Below are positions 48,801-58,720 of a stretch of 64,000 bases of DNA, one piece after another. The notes beneath the pieces were generated by a model. That model ran no database searches and had not been told where the DNA came from. It worked only from the letters and a program-made list of their open reading frames with translations. Origin of the DNA: Nitrosopumilus sp. (lineage in GTDB: Archaea > Thermoproteota > Nitrososphaeria > Nitrososphaerales > Nitrosopumilaceae). The first letter of the stretch is position 1, and each line of letters starts with the position of its first letter. Location: positions 736,001 through 800,000 of the forward strand of contig OZ240211.1 of NCBI GenBank assembly GCA_965197525.1. The letters are read 5' to 3'. A program made the position numbers and the translations under genes.

Positions 48801-49685
48801 TCCTGAACGATGATGGGCTTGGGGAATGCCAGATACCTCGTTATCAAAATAAGTTGTAGAGTGATATTGTAATAGATCAACTAGATCTTGAACAATCAAT
48901 GGAGGGGTTCCAGCCTCTTTGCTCTCCTTTAATCGCTGATTGACTCGAATAATATCAACCATCTTGTGTGTTAGATCGTCTTCTGAGCGTATACCAGTCT
49001 CTAGTATGATTGAAGGTCTTACAGTGACAGGAGGAACAGGGAGTGCTTGCAGAACAAACCATTCAGGTCTTGCAGTGCCTGGATCATATGAGAGTAACTC
49101 TAGGTCCTCATCAAGAATGTGGGAGAATCTTTCCCTTATTGTAATTGGTAACAGCCTATGCTCACCGATCTCAGTTTTTTCTACAAATATGGTAGGTTTT
49201 GTAAAGACCAGCTCGTATTGGGCCTTTCCGCAATGAGGACACTCTTTTGCTTTTTTGGCTTTCTCTATAATTTGATCAGGTATGCGTTTTTGTGATATTA
49301 TGGTATATGCAGCCTGTTTTGCTTTTATTCTCTTGAGGGACTCTAAGTCCTCTTGAGGTACTTTGAGTCTCATACAATAACGACATGTTGACTGCAATAG
49401 TTTGTAGATATTGTCAATAAATGCAATATGCAAGATTGGTTCTGCTAGCTCTATATGCCCAAAATGTCCTGGACATCTTGCAGCAGTATTTCCACAGGTA
49501 AGACATTTTTGTCCCGGTTCCAAAGTACCCAATCTTCCGTCCATAAGACCACCTTGAACAGGCATACCGTCTTCATCATATGTCTCAGGAGCAGTAATTT
49601 CAGCAACAGAATATTTTCTGATCTCTGTAGGTGACCACACAGAGAAACGAATGCCATCTATTGCTTTGATTGCTTGAACAGACAT
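45885..49685 (-). CDS. rpoA1: RNA polymerase largest subunit Rpo1 (unsplit A'A'')
   Basis: YNADFDGDEMN catalytic motif, CPGHFGH clamp, GEPGTQMTLRTFH in the same ORF. Confidence 0.98.
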   Translation of the reverse strand: MSVQAIKAIDGIRFSVWSPTEIRKYSVAEITAPETYDEDGMPVQGGLMDGRLGTLEPGQKCLTCGNTAARCPGHFGHIELAEPILHIAFIDNIYKLLQSTCRYCMRLKVPQEDLESLKRIKAKQAAYTIISQKRIPDQIIEKAKKAKECPHCGKAQYELVFTKPTIFVEKTEIGEHRLLPITIRERFSHILDEDLELLSYDPGTARPEWFVLQALPVPPVTVRPSIILETGIRSEDDLTHKMVDIIRVNQRLKESKEAGTPPLIVQDLVDLLQYHSTTYFDNEVSGIPQAHHRSGRPLKTLTQRLKGKEGRFRGSLSGKRVDFSSRTVISPDPNLDLSEVGVPEQVAMKLTIPEIVTEWNIDRMKRLVINGPDVFPGVNYIVRPDGVKIRLDFVEDRSTIADTLEIGYLIERHLSDGDIVMFNRQPSLHQMSIMAHYVRVLPGKTFRLHPSVCPPYNADFDGDEMNLHVPQSEEARAEAILLMRVQDQLISPRYGGPIIGALRDFVTGAYLLTKDDTVLTVQEFSNYAMLGGYTDSLPKPATTKNGVPMYTGKQLFSLFLPNDFTYVLTSKWSKGTTGAQKDVVIKNGQLISGVIDKTSIGAEEPESVLHRITKDYGNAVGKNFLNSILIMVKQFITHYGFSYGYGDLEVPEKNRQQILNDIQKTYDQVSNLISQYEDGTLKLTRGMKPEEALEAYVVNELGKARDKAGSTANDSLDNNNAGKIMATTGARGSSLNVGQMAGALGQQSRRGNRMNDGYSNRALTHYKEHDNNPDAHGFVKSNYREGLSALEFFFHAMGGREGLVDTAVRTQQSGYMQRRLINALEHIRLEYDGTVRDPHGHIIQFLYGEDGIDVAKSDHGEAFNASRLAESQTISDSGSKATKDAIATLIKKYTKTFNPRLTRLVTEALQNSNLSKNGIEAVCKKGLSLYNNAKVEPGQAVGIITAQSIGEPGTQMTLRTFHFAGIKERNVTLGLPRLIELVDARKKPVTPTMDIYLDEESKRSREKAIQIAKNVLQTKVSALVADTQTDYSTNIKISLSEARLRERGCTVADVVDVLSSNKKFKIEVTGELLTLNLVEETDTATAIAIRNKVFNTTVSGVPDIERVTLVQKDDQWIIQTTGSNIAKLLEVKGIDKQNVRTNNVFEIAGTLGIEAARNALINELNHTLGDQGLEVDNRYIMLVSDLMCSRGYMQQIGRHGIAGTKDSVLARAAFEITVPTIAHAALAGEVEQLKGITENVIVGSNIPIGSGTVDLYMQVSRKKKDK

Positions 49686-52600
49686 CTAAATTCGCTCCTT
49701 GATTAATAGACGTGGTGCCACATTAAGACTCTGCATCTCTTGTAATAGTAATTTAAATGCATAAGCTACTGATACAGATGAGACTTTGGCTTTATCACCA
49801 CATACACGACAGACGTATTTTCTCTGCTTAACATCATGATACGCAACAAGACCACATCTTTCACAGACAAAGATATCAGACTTGTCAGACTCGTCTAGCA
49901 ACCTGTCTTTGAGTATCATAGATGCGCCATATGCAATAAGGCAATCACGTTCCATCTCACCGAATCTTAAGCCGCCACCACGTGCCCGTCCCTCAGTTGG
50001 TTGTTTAGTTAACATTTGAACTTGGCCACGTGCCCTTGCATGAATCTTATCGGCTACCATATGATGTAATTTTTGATAGTACACTACACCAATAAAGACC
50101 TCTACTGGAAACGATTTACCTGTTCTTCCATCATACATTATCTCTTTACCAGAATACTCAAAGTTGTGAGCGCTCATTACCTCTTTGACTTCGTCCATCT
50201 TCTCTCCAACAAATGCAGAGCCATCAAAGCGTTTTCCACGAAATGCTGCAGCTTTGCCACATATGGATTCCATCATCATCCCAACTGTCATTCTTGAGGG
50301 GAATGCGTGAGGATTAATCAATACGTCAGGGGACATACCCTCTGCAGTGTAGGGCAAGTCTTCTGCTTTTGCCAATATTCCTAATACACCTTTCTGGCCA
50401 TGTCGTGATGCAAACTTGTCACCAATCTCAGGTATCCTCATATCTCTTGCACGAATCTTGTACATCTTTCCACCTTCGTTTGATTGAGTCATAACGACAG
50501 TATCAATAACTCCAGTCTCAGAGGGTCTGACACCGATAGATGTATCTCGCCTGTATGGTCCTGATGACTCAAACTCTCTGTACTCTTCCATGAATCGTGG
50601 CGGACTAGTCTTGCCAATCAGTATATCACCACCTTTCACAGGTACCTCTGATGCAACTACACCGTCATCCTCCAATAGCCTATATGCACGCTCACCTTTG
50701 TAACCTCGAATATTGTCATCTGCATTTGGAATCTCAAATGTATCGCGCATTCCACCTGGGTATTGTTTTGCTTCGGCGTCATAAATTCTATAAAAGAATG
50801 TTCTTCCAAGACCTCTATCAACTGACGCTTTGCTTAACACTATAGCGTCCTCAATATTGTAGCCATCAAACGGTAATACTGCAACAACACAATTTTGTCC
50901 TGCAGGTCTGTCTTCGAGTCCCAAAAGTTTCATAGCTTTAGTATTAACAATTGGAACTTGAGGATACAGCATAAAATGTTGTCTGACATATGTACTAGTA
51001 TTCATCATAGGTGTAGAAAAGCCCAAGCTCTGTTTTGCCATGGCCGACTCGTATGTATTTCTAGGAGATTGATTGTGTTCAGGATATGGAATGATTGAAG
51101 CGCCTGCCCCAAGAATTGCTGGCGGAAAGACTTCCAGATGGGTGTGCTGGTTTACAACATTCTCATCTAAAGTAATGTAACAGTTCTCTTCTTCGTTTGC
51201 ATCTATCATCTCAAGGATACCCATCCTCAGAAGATCAGTCCAAGAGAGTAATTTTTTGGAGATCTTGTCTAAATGATCACTAGTTAACAACGGTTTACCG
51301 TCTTTGATGATAATTAACGGACGCAAGACCCGGCCTGCATTACAGTTAGCGTATAATCTTTTTGTAGAGCCGTCAATTCCAGATTGGTGAAATGACACTC
51401 CAACATGAGGATGAATCTTCGATGATCTCCTCAAAGTCCTCAAAGATTCAGCTAGTTCGTTACCATCTTTGTAATATCCGATGAGGCGACCGTCTACGAA
51501 TATCCTAGCACCGTCTTGTTTTAGGTCTTCTTTGGCATCAAAAAAGTGAACCGTTCCAAGCTCGTAGAGTTTTTCTACTATCTCTTCTGAAGGCACATTA
51601 ACTGAGATTATTCCAGATAATGCTAGATTCTTTACCAGACCACAATTGGAGCCTTCAGGCGTCTCACTTGGGCATATTCTTCCAAAGTGAGTGGCATGTA
51701 AGTCCCTTGCCTCAAAGTTTGGCTGGGTTCTACTCAAAGGAGATTGAATTCTTCTCAAATGACTTATAGTTGAGAGATAGTTGGTTCTATCCAACAGTTG
51801 GGTAACGCCTACACGACCTCTTCCCCAGTTACCTGTAGCGATAGCATTGTTTAGTTTATCAGTAATAATACCAGGACGAATTGCAGCAGCAACCGCATTT
51901 ATTCCACGCTTCTGCCCAGATCTCTCAAGCTGATACTTCATATCTCGTACTAAATTTCTAAAAGCAGTTCTAAACAGATCTGCAAGCATCTGTCCTGCAA
52001 ATTTAATTACTTTGTTGCCATAGTGGTCCTTGTCATCAGGAGTTATCCAACCAAGTTTTAACTCTAATAGTTTACAGGCAGCCTCACCTAAGAATTGTGC
52101 CTTTTCTTTTCTATTTTCAGGATGTTTGCCCAGATGTGGTAGCAGCCCCCAGTCAAGTAAAGTCTCAGCGCGTTTTATCTGGAACTCTTCTAGCATTCCT
52201 GGCGCAATTCTTTTACTGATATACACAATAGCATCTTTTGAGGTAGGTACATCACCTGCTTTTTCAAATGATCCCTCCAATTCATCTTGTATCATAGATA
52301 CTAGTGAAACAACAGATGCGATCTCCCTATCAGATTCCAATCCCAGAGCTCGTATCAACGTAACTACAGGTATATCAACCGGAGAACCTGGAATTCGTGC
52401 AACAATCAACCCATCATTTTTCATGACTAGTTCCAACTTTGCGCGATATCCAACGATTGAAGAGTACACTTTAGCCTTAAATACACTGTTTCCACTTACA
52501 TTCTCTTTATCAACAATAATTTTGTTATAAGAGAGATCCTCTAACCCTACAATTACACGCTCTGAACCATTAATGATAAAGTAGCCACCGGGATCGTTTG

Positions 52601-53033
52601 AATCTTCACCGTGCTCAACTAGCTTTTGAACAGAAAAGTTATGCAATATACATGCATTGGATTTCACCATAACCGGAACATCTCCAATATGCACAAATCG
52701 TGATTCTAACACCTTCCCATCTTCAACAACACTGGCCTCCATCAAGATAGGTGCCGAGTAAGATACATTTCGCAACCGAGCTTCAGCTGGCGTGATATGA
52801 GTAATTGAGCCATCAAGCTCCATCATTCTTGGTTGCTGTCGTTTAATCTTACCTAGCTGAATTTTATAAGGATACTCTGCATTTTCAATATCAATCTGTG
52901 CGACTTCGTTAATTATACTTTGTAGCCCTCTATCTAAAAATTCATCAAAAGAGTTCAAATGCTGACGTGCAATACCTTCACGTTTTAGAATATCTTGGAT
53001 TACAGGCCAACGTTTAGTAGAAGGATCAGCCAT
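49686..53033 (-). CDS. rpoB: RNA polymerase subunit Rpo2 (B)
   Basis: GDKFASRHGQKG, GLRFGEMERD, CERC...CRVC. Confidence 0.98.
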   Translation of the reverse strand: MADPSTKRWPVIQDILKREGIARQHLNSFDEFLDRGLQSIINEVAQIDIENAEYPYKIQLGKIKRQQPRMMELDGSITHITPAEARLRNVSYSAPILMEASVVEDGKVLESRFVHIGDVPVMVKSNACILHNFSVQKLVEHGEDSNDPGGYFIINGSERVIVGLEDLSYNKIIVDKENVSGNSVFKAKVYSSIVGYRAKLELVMKNDGLIVARIPGSPVDIPVVTLIRALGLESDREIASVVSLVSMIQDELEGSFEKAGDVPTSKDAIVYISKRIAPGMLEEFQIKRAETLLDWGLLPHLGKHPENRKEKAQFLGEAACKLLELKLGWITPDDKDHYGNKVIKFAGQMLADLFRTAFRNLVRDMKYQLERSGQKRGINAVAAAIRPGIITDKLNNAIATGNWGRGRVGVTQLLDRTNYLSTISHLRRIQSPLSRTQPNFEARDLHATHFGRICPSETPEGSNCGLVKNLALSGIISVNVPSEEIVEKLYELGTVHFFDAKEDLKQDGARIFVDGRLIGYYKDGNELAESLRTLRRSSKIHPHVGVSFHQSGIDGSTKRLYANCNAGRVLRPLIIIKDGKPLLTSDHLDKISKKLLSWTDLLRMGILEMIDANEEENCYITLDENVVNQHTHLEVFPPAILGAGASIIPYPEHNQSPRNTYESAMAKQSLGFSTPMMNTSTYVRQHFMLYPQVPIVNTKAMKLLGLEDRPAGQNCVVAVLPFDGYNIEDAIVLSKASVDRGLGRTFFYRIYDAEAKQYPGGMRDTFEIPNADDNIRGYKGERAYRLLEDDGVVASEVPVKGGDILIGKTSPPRFMEEYREFESSGPYRRDTSIGVRPSETGVIDTVVMTQSNEGGKMYKIRARDMRIPEIGDKFASRHGQKGVLGILAKAEDLPYTAEGMSPDVLINPHAFPSRMTVGMMMESICGKAAAFRGKRFDGSAFVGEKMDEVKEVMSAHNFEYSGKEIMYDGRTGKSFPVEVFIGVVYYQKLHHMVADKIHARARGQVQMLTKQPTEGRARGGGLRFGEMERDCLIAYGASMILKDRLLDESDKSDIFVCERCGLVAYHDVKQRKYVCRVCGDKAKVSSVSVAYAFKLLLQEMQSLNVAPRLLIKERI

Positions 53034-53285
53034 TTAGAATTCCACCACGTATCGATAGTATAGACTCTCACCGGCAGTTGGACTTTGTCGTGTGATTTTA
53101 ATCATATCGCCTGGCTTGACACCAAGACCCAATATTGCAGGATCGTTTACGTAGATTAACGGTAGTTCTGTTGGTTTACAGTTGTATTTTTTCAGAATGG
53201 ACTCTGCTTCTGCCTTTATAATAATTTCATGTTTTGGGACGTAGATGTGGTCTGGCACTAGTACCTGATTCTTCTTAATAGCCAA
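53034..53285 (-). CDS. rpoH: RNA polymerase subunit Rpo5 (H)
   Basis: HIYVPKHEII...LP...DP...GDMIKITR; TTG start at 53285 preferred. Confidence 0.95.
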   Translation of the reverse strand: MAIKKNQVLVPDHIYVPKHEIIIKAEAESILKKYNCKPTELPLIYVNDPAILGLGVKPGDMIKITRQSPTAGESLYYRYVVEF

Positions 53286-53467
53286 CTGTAACCCCCCTTT
53301 TACGTTCAAATTTAGATAAAATAGCGAATAATATACACAAACTGTCCAAAATTTAAATGCAGGTTAATATATATCTAATCAGAAGACCGCCCAAAATTAA
53401 GGTTTTTCCCCTTTTGTCAACATTGTTTTACGTAACCTTAAATAAGATAAGTCTAAGGCTAAGAATA

Positions 53468-54307
53468 ATGAAAGAACGTCTAACGGTGTTTGCAGTACTT
53501 GCAGTTTTAGTTGTAAGTATAGGCATGACACCAGCATTTGGACAGACACAAGGCGCCATTGTTGTTAGTACTGATAAACCATCTTATGCCGATGGGGAGG
53601 TAATACTGGTAACAGGCGAAGTCAGAGATAGATATTCGGGATTGCAAGTAAGCATAGTCATGATAGCTCCTAACGAAAATAGAGTAGGGCTTGCTCAAGT
53701 TGATGTAAATAATGACAAAACATTCAGTCATGAATTTAGAGCAGGCGGACTAATGACAGTTGACGGAATGTATACAGTTGCAGTTCAGTACGGAGGAGCA
53801 AGTAATTCAGCAGAAACGACGTTTGAGTTCGGAGGAGCAATGGAAATCAAACCAGTGAAAGACTACCCTCCAGGAATAAATGCAACACATGTAATGATTG
53901 AAGGTGCCAGTGATCTGATATTATATGAGATCACAAACGGTAGAATACTAGGTGTTACACCTATAGTAGACGACAATTCATTGGTAGTATCTATTGAGAC
54001 TACAGGTGATGGGTCACTGCAACTTACAATACCTAGAACTGTACTTGAATCAGTTACAGACGGTAGTGATGACGATGTGTTTATCCTAGCTGATGGCGAA
54101 GAGTATGACGACTATGAGATAACTGTGACAGACACTGATAGAACGATCACTATACAGTTCAAAGAAGGGACTGAAGAGATTGAGATAATCGGTACATGGG
54201 TAATCCCAGAGTTCGGCACAATCGCAGCAATGATTTTAGCAATCGCAATTATATCAATAATTGCAATTTCTGCAAGATCAAAACTTAGTATTATACCAAG
54301 ATACTAA
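53468..54307 (+). CDS. PEFG-CTERM surface protein 1
   Basis: Signal peptide from the ATG at 53468; C-terminal PEFGTIAAMIL...TM...PRY. Confidence 0.9.
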   Translation: MKERLTVFAVLAVLVVSIGMTPAFGQTQGAIVVSTDKPSYADGEVILVTGEVRDRYSGLQVSIVMIAPNENRVGLAQVDVNNDKTFSHEFRAGGLMTVDGMYTVAVQYGGASNSAETTFEFGGAMEIKPVKDYPPGINATHVMIEGASDLILYEITNGRILGVTPIVDDNSLVVSIETTGDGSLQLTIPRTVLESVTDGSDDDVFILADGEEYDDYEITVTDTDRTITIQFKEGTEEIEIIGTWVIPEFGTIAAMILAIAIISIIAISARSKLSIIPRY

Positions 54308-55579
54308 ATTTTATTTTTTTTATATTTTTTAAGACAGATATAGACAATATGCTCATCACTGTAAAATTAGATAAATGCACACATACAACAAGAACAGCAT
54401 GATGCGATATATTATTAATTAAAATTATTACAATAATACAAAGCAGATTTTCTATAAACAGCATACTTGTGTAAAATCACTCAAAAGTAAATAATTCACA
54501 TTGTATCACTAAATATGACTACAATATGTGATGAAAATCACATACGTCTACACAAACAATACATTGCTAGACGGATTTTGGCATGAAATCAAAGCTGTGG
54601 AATGTCAGTAAAGTCACATGTGACAAACATGACAAGACAGAAAAAATGAACAAGATACACTAGTTGAAGAGGGTAAGAAACCGTAAATGACGGCATGGTG
54701 CTATATTAATAATATATAACATATCAAAGTATGCAATAGCAAGATTAACAAAATATAACTATGGATAATAAATAATACGCCTAATAATAAATATAAACAG
54801 TTAAAAGTGTATATTGTTATATCGATAAATAATGACTTGATACGTATTATAATCTAATTAAAAACAATAAACAGAGTATAAAACAGTATATGATTTGTAA
54901 AGTTATCAGAGACTATTAAAACATGACATGGGACAGGTTATACATGAAGACAGCTTGTAGATTTTAGAATTTGTGAAAAAGAGTATCTATATTGTTGTAA
55001 AATCTAATCACATACAAAAGGATAAGTGCAGAATATTATATAATAAACAAAATTAATAATGCAAAATCAATGATGATGGAAAATCTGATACGTGTATTGG
55101 TGCGTATAAAAACAATTCATCAAGCATGCATTTTATCATGTGTAGGTAAATGTTGGCATGTAACAAGCTATGGTTTTAAAATAAAGCATATTTGATGGGC
55201 ACATTACAAGTTTGGCAATAATTTAAAGTGTTATAAACATAGCAGACAATGACAGCATGGTAGACAGAGACCCAAATTATCAAAAACGTTGATTTGATTG
55301 AGTAGCACACGATAGAATAAATCAAAGTACAAGAAATTTAGTAGACGGCGACTAATGAGGTCAGAAGAGACAAAAATGCATAAAATCCAAGAGATAAAAA
55401 CAAATGTCAATTGTTTGTAAGATACGAACGAATATCAGAGAAGCGAGAGTTATCCTTTTAAAAACAGATGGTGTAAAGTATAACATATTCTGTAAAAAAA
55501 ATCAGACATAATTCTACAAAATTTCAGATAGAATCATTTTTAAACATACATAAATAACAGTATAATGTGATAAAACAGG

Positions 55580-56443
55580 ATGAGTTTTAAACGTACGATG
55601 ACATCAATGACAATACTAGTAATGTCGCTATCGTTAATCTCAATGGCGTCAGTGCAGCAAGATGCTTTTGCTGCAGGTACGGGAATAGCCATTACTGCTA
55701 CGGCTGATAAGGGCTCAGATACAATAACTGTTAATGGTAGAACATTATCAGATATTTCAGATGTTACATTCAAGATAACATCTCCGACAGGAAACAATAT
55801 TGTTGCAATCGAGCAGTTATCGCCTGATGAGAATGGTGAGTTTATGGTAGAATTTAAGATTGGTCCAACATGGACAGAGGATGGATACTATCAGATTACA
55901 GCTAAACAAGGCACGGGAGCAAATTCATTTTATACGCTAAATGTCTTCGCCGAAGTGATTGATGGCAGAGCCATGCAGACTGTGGCGACGGAATCGAATC
56001 TAGAGACAGGAATCTTTACACCACGTGGGACTAACGTTGCAACAAATGCAGGAATAACACTTGATCCAATAGACGCCGTACAAGGTTCAACAACGTTTAC
56101 AGTTACGGGAACAACTGACAGGGTAAGTCAGGATGTTACGATAACTGTGAATGCGCCAAACGGAAATGTAGTAACAGTTGGCCAAGTATCACCAACAATT
56201 GATGGAGATTTTACCACTGAGATTACAGTAGGAGGATCACTGTGGAAGCAAGATGGTATTTATACGGTAACTGTGACACAGTTAGATGACCCAAGCTATT
56301 CAGCATCCGCTGAAATAGATATCAAAGAGGGTGTCGTGGTGCCAGAATTCGGTACAATTGCAGCCATGATTCTAGCAGTAGCAATCATCTCAATAATTGC
56401 AATATCTGCAAGATCAAGACTAAGTATCATACCAAGATACTAG
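55580..56443 (+). CDS. PEFG-CTERM surface protein 2
   Basis: Signal peptide; PEFGTIAAMILAVAIISIIAISARSRLSIIPRY. Confidence 0.92.
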   Translation: MSFKRTMTSMTILVMSLSLISMASVQQDAFAAGTGIAITATADKGSDTITVNGRTLSDISDVTFKITSPTGNNIVAIEQLSPDENGEFMVEFKIGPTWTEDGYYQITAKQGTGANSFYTLNVFAEVIDGRAMQTVATESNLETGIFTPRGTNVATNAGITLDPIDAVQGSTTFTVTGTTDRVSQDVTITVNAPNGNVVTVGQVSPTIDGDFTTEITVGGSLWKQDGIYTVTVTQLDDPSYSASAEIDIKEGVVVPEFGTIAAMILAVAIISIIAISARSRLSIIPRY

Positions 56444-56504
56444 GATCACAATTTTTTTCTATGTTTAAATATACATAAATAGAGCGGATATAAAATACAA
56501 TTAG

Positions 56505-57389
56505 ATGAACAGTCGTACGTCGTTCGCACTACTAGCTCTTTTGACAGTAATTAGTACACTAACTGTCACATCGGCATATGCCCAAGGTGATCTTCCTCCT
56601 GCATGTGCAGGTTGCGGCGAAATAGATCCACGAATGGCAGCAGAACAATTCTTGGCTGCAGATATTCCAATATCTATTTGGACCGATAAAACAGAGTACG
56701 ACCACGATGATGTAATTGTGGTAACAGGCAAAGTGGCAAATGTAATTTCTGGAGTTCCAGCTACATTGACAATCACAAGTCCATTAAACAACATCGTCAA
56801 TGTTGCCCAACTTGACATTACAGAAGATGGTAGTTTTGAGACTACAATATCAACAGCAGGTCAATCGTGGAAGTACAATGGTGCCTATAAAATTACAGCA
56901 AATTACGGCAGTAATGAAAGATCCAATAGTGCGCAAATCAAAATAACTGGTCTATATGAAGGTCCAGGCGGTACAATGCAAAAAGACAACATCCAATGTG
57001 ATGCAGGTAGTCTAGCAGTAGATGACCAATGTGTGCCTTTTAGTATTTCAGGCGGAATGGTAACTAGTGCAACACTCAACATAGATGACAAGTCAATTGT
57101 CATTAACATCGATTCTGAAGATGATGGAACATTAACAATAAATCCATCAAAAGCAGTTCAAGATGGCATATTTTTGGTGTTAGTTGACGGAGAAGAATGG
57201 GACGATGCTGAAATTGTTGACAACAACGTAACAGTAATGTTCCCAGCAGGTACTGAACAAATCGAAATATTTGGTACCTTCTTGATTCCAGAGTTTGGTA
57301 CAATCGCAGCCATGATTCTAGCAGTAGCAATCATCTCAATAATTGCAATATCTGCAAGATCAAGACTAAGCATTATGCCAAAATACTAA
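56505..57389 (+). CDS. PEFG-CTERM surface protein 3
   Basis: Signal peptide, CAGC motif, PEFG tail. Confidence 0.92.
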   Translation: MNSRTSFALLALLTVISTLTVTSAYAQGDLPPACAGCGEIDPRMAAEQFLAADIPISIWTDKTEYDHDDVIVVTGKVANVISGVPATLTITSPLNNIVNVAQLDITEDGSFETTISTAGQSWKYNGAYKITANYGSNERSNSAQIKITGLYEGPGGTMQKDNIQCDAGSLAVDDQCVPFSISGGMVTSATLNIDDKSIVINIDSEDDGTLTINPSKAVQDGIFLVLVDGEEWDDAEIVDNNVTVMFPAGTEQIEIFGTFLIPEFGTIAAMILAVAIISIIAISARSRLSIMPKY

Positions 57390-57447
57390 AATCATACAAC
57401 TTTTTCATTTTTTCATTTTGAATAGTAAAGAAAATATAGAAATAGAC

Positions 57448-58320
57448 ATGATAAAGACTGTGAATAGTAATGCAATGATGTATTGTTTTTCAGTATTACT
57501 AATAATAATAATAACAGCAGCAGCAGCAGCTGTAGCAGTAATCCCCACCCCAACAGTATTTGCCCAAGAATCGATAGTATCTGTCCAAACAGACGATAAC
57601 CATTATGATGAAGGAGACACCATTGTAATTTCAGGAGTTGTAACTACAATCATTAGTAATACACCTGTAACATTACAAGTATATTTTGAAGGCAACATAC
57701 AAGATATTGCACAGATCACAGTAGCGCAAGATGGAAGTTATTCCCACACAATACTTGCCGAAGGAGCACGTTGGGGTAACCAAGGCAAATATTCTGTCAC
57801 AGTAGCATACGGAAAGGGAAACACTGCAGAGACTGTCTTTACTTATTCACCAAAATCAGAAATAATTACAACTAGCAATCACTTTGAGGTGAGTGCCGGA
57901 AGTCATGGAACATTTGATGTAGATTATACAATTGTAGGAGGAGCGGTTGACAATATGGAGATAGAGTATAGCAGTCTTGCATTAAAAGTAGAGATAACAG
58001 CAACAGCTGATGAGGGATCAATCACATTAGATCTTCCAAGAGATTTCATAGGTGCAGAAAATGAGAACGGAAGAGATGAGATCTGGATAGTCCTAATAGA
58101 CAATATACCAGTATCATATTCAGAGTCAGGACTGCAAGAAGATTCAAGAATTATAACAATTAGTTTTGAGGAAGGAGATTCTGATATTTTGATAATTGGG
58201 ACATATGTTGTTCCCGAGTTTGGAACAGTTGCCATGATGGTAATATTGGTAATAGGAGTTACTGCTACTGTTTTAGTTTTGAATAGTAATAATAAATTTC
58301 AAATAATAACCAAGTTTTAA
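57448..58320 (+). CDS. PEFG-CTERM surface protein 4 (divergent tail)
   Basis: Signal peptide; VPEFGTVAMMVILVIGV...; start uncertain (57418-57475). Confidence 0.85.
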   Translation: MIKTVNSNAMMYCFSVLLIIIITAAAAAVAVIPTPTVFAQESIVSVQTDDNHYDEGDTIVISGVVTTIISNTPVTLQVYFEGNIQDIAQITVAQDGSYSHTILAEGARWGNQGKYSVTVAYGKGNTAETVFTYSPKSEIITTSNHFEVSAGSHGTFDVDYTIVGGAVDNMEIEYSSLALKVEITATADEGSITLDLPRDFIGAENENGRDEIWIVLIDNIPVSYSESGLQEDSRIITISFEEGDSDILIIGTYVVPEFGTVAMMVILVIGVTATVLVLNSNNKFQIITKF

Positions 58321-58369
58321 TGACTGCTAGAGGCCACAAATAAATCCCAAAATAATGGTCTGTTAAGTT

Positions 58370-58720
58370 AGGTTCTTGACAGGTTTGTACGATACGTTGA
58401 TGTCATCAATGACGATGATTCGATCAGGATCATTCCAAAAACCTGAATGCCAAAAAAGTCATGACGTGGAATTGATAATATCCTAAAGAATAGCGGATTC
58501 TCATTGGTATCATTCAACAGATTTGAAGCTGCTGGGTCAGGGTCTGAACTATTTCCCACTCTTAGACTTCATGCGTATTTTTTAGATACAGACAGGTTTT
58601 CGAATTCTGCTAGGATTTTTTTTTTTTGCATGTTTTGGGAGAAGAGCCCGAAAACATCCCAAGTTTACAGTCACATAAAAATATCAACTAACTTACCAGT
58701 GCACAAAATAACACTTGTTC
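58370..58720 (-). pseudogene. Possible decayed small gene downstream of the desulfurase
   Basis: Coding-like fragments with stops and shifts (NKCY.../LCTGKLVDIF); family not established. Confidence 0.25.

Noticed and set aside
45885-49685. Fused RpoA'/A'' as a novelty
   Set aside because: An unsplit Rpo1 is the known state in Thaumarchaeota.
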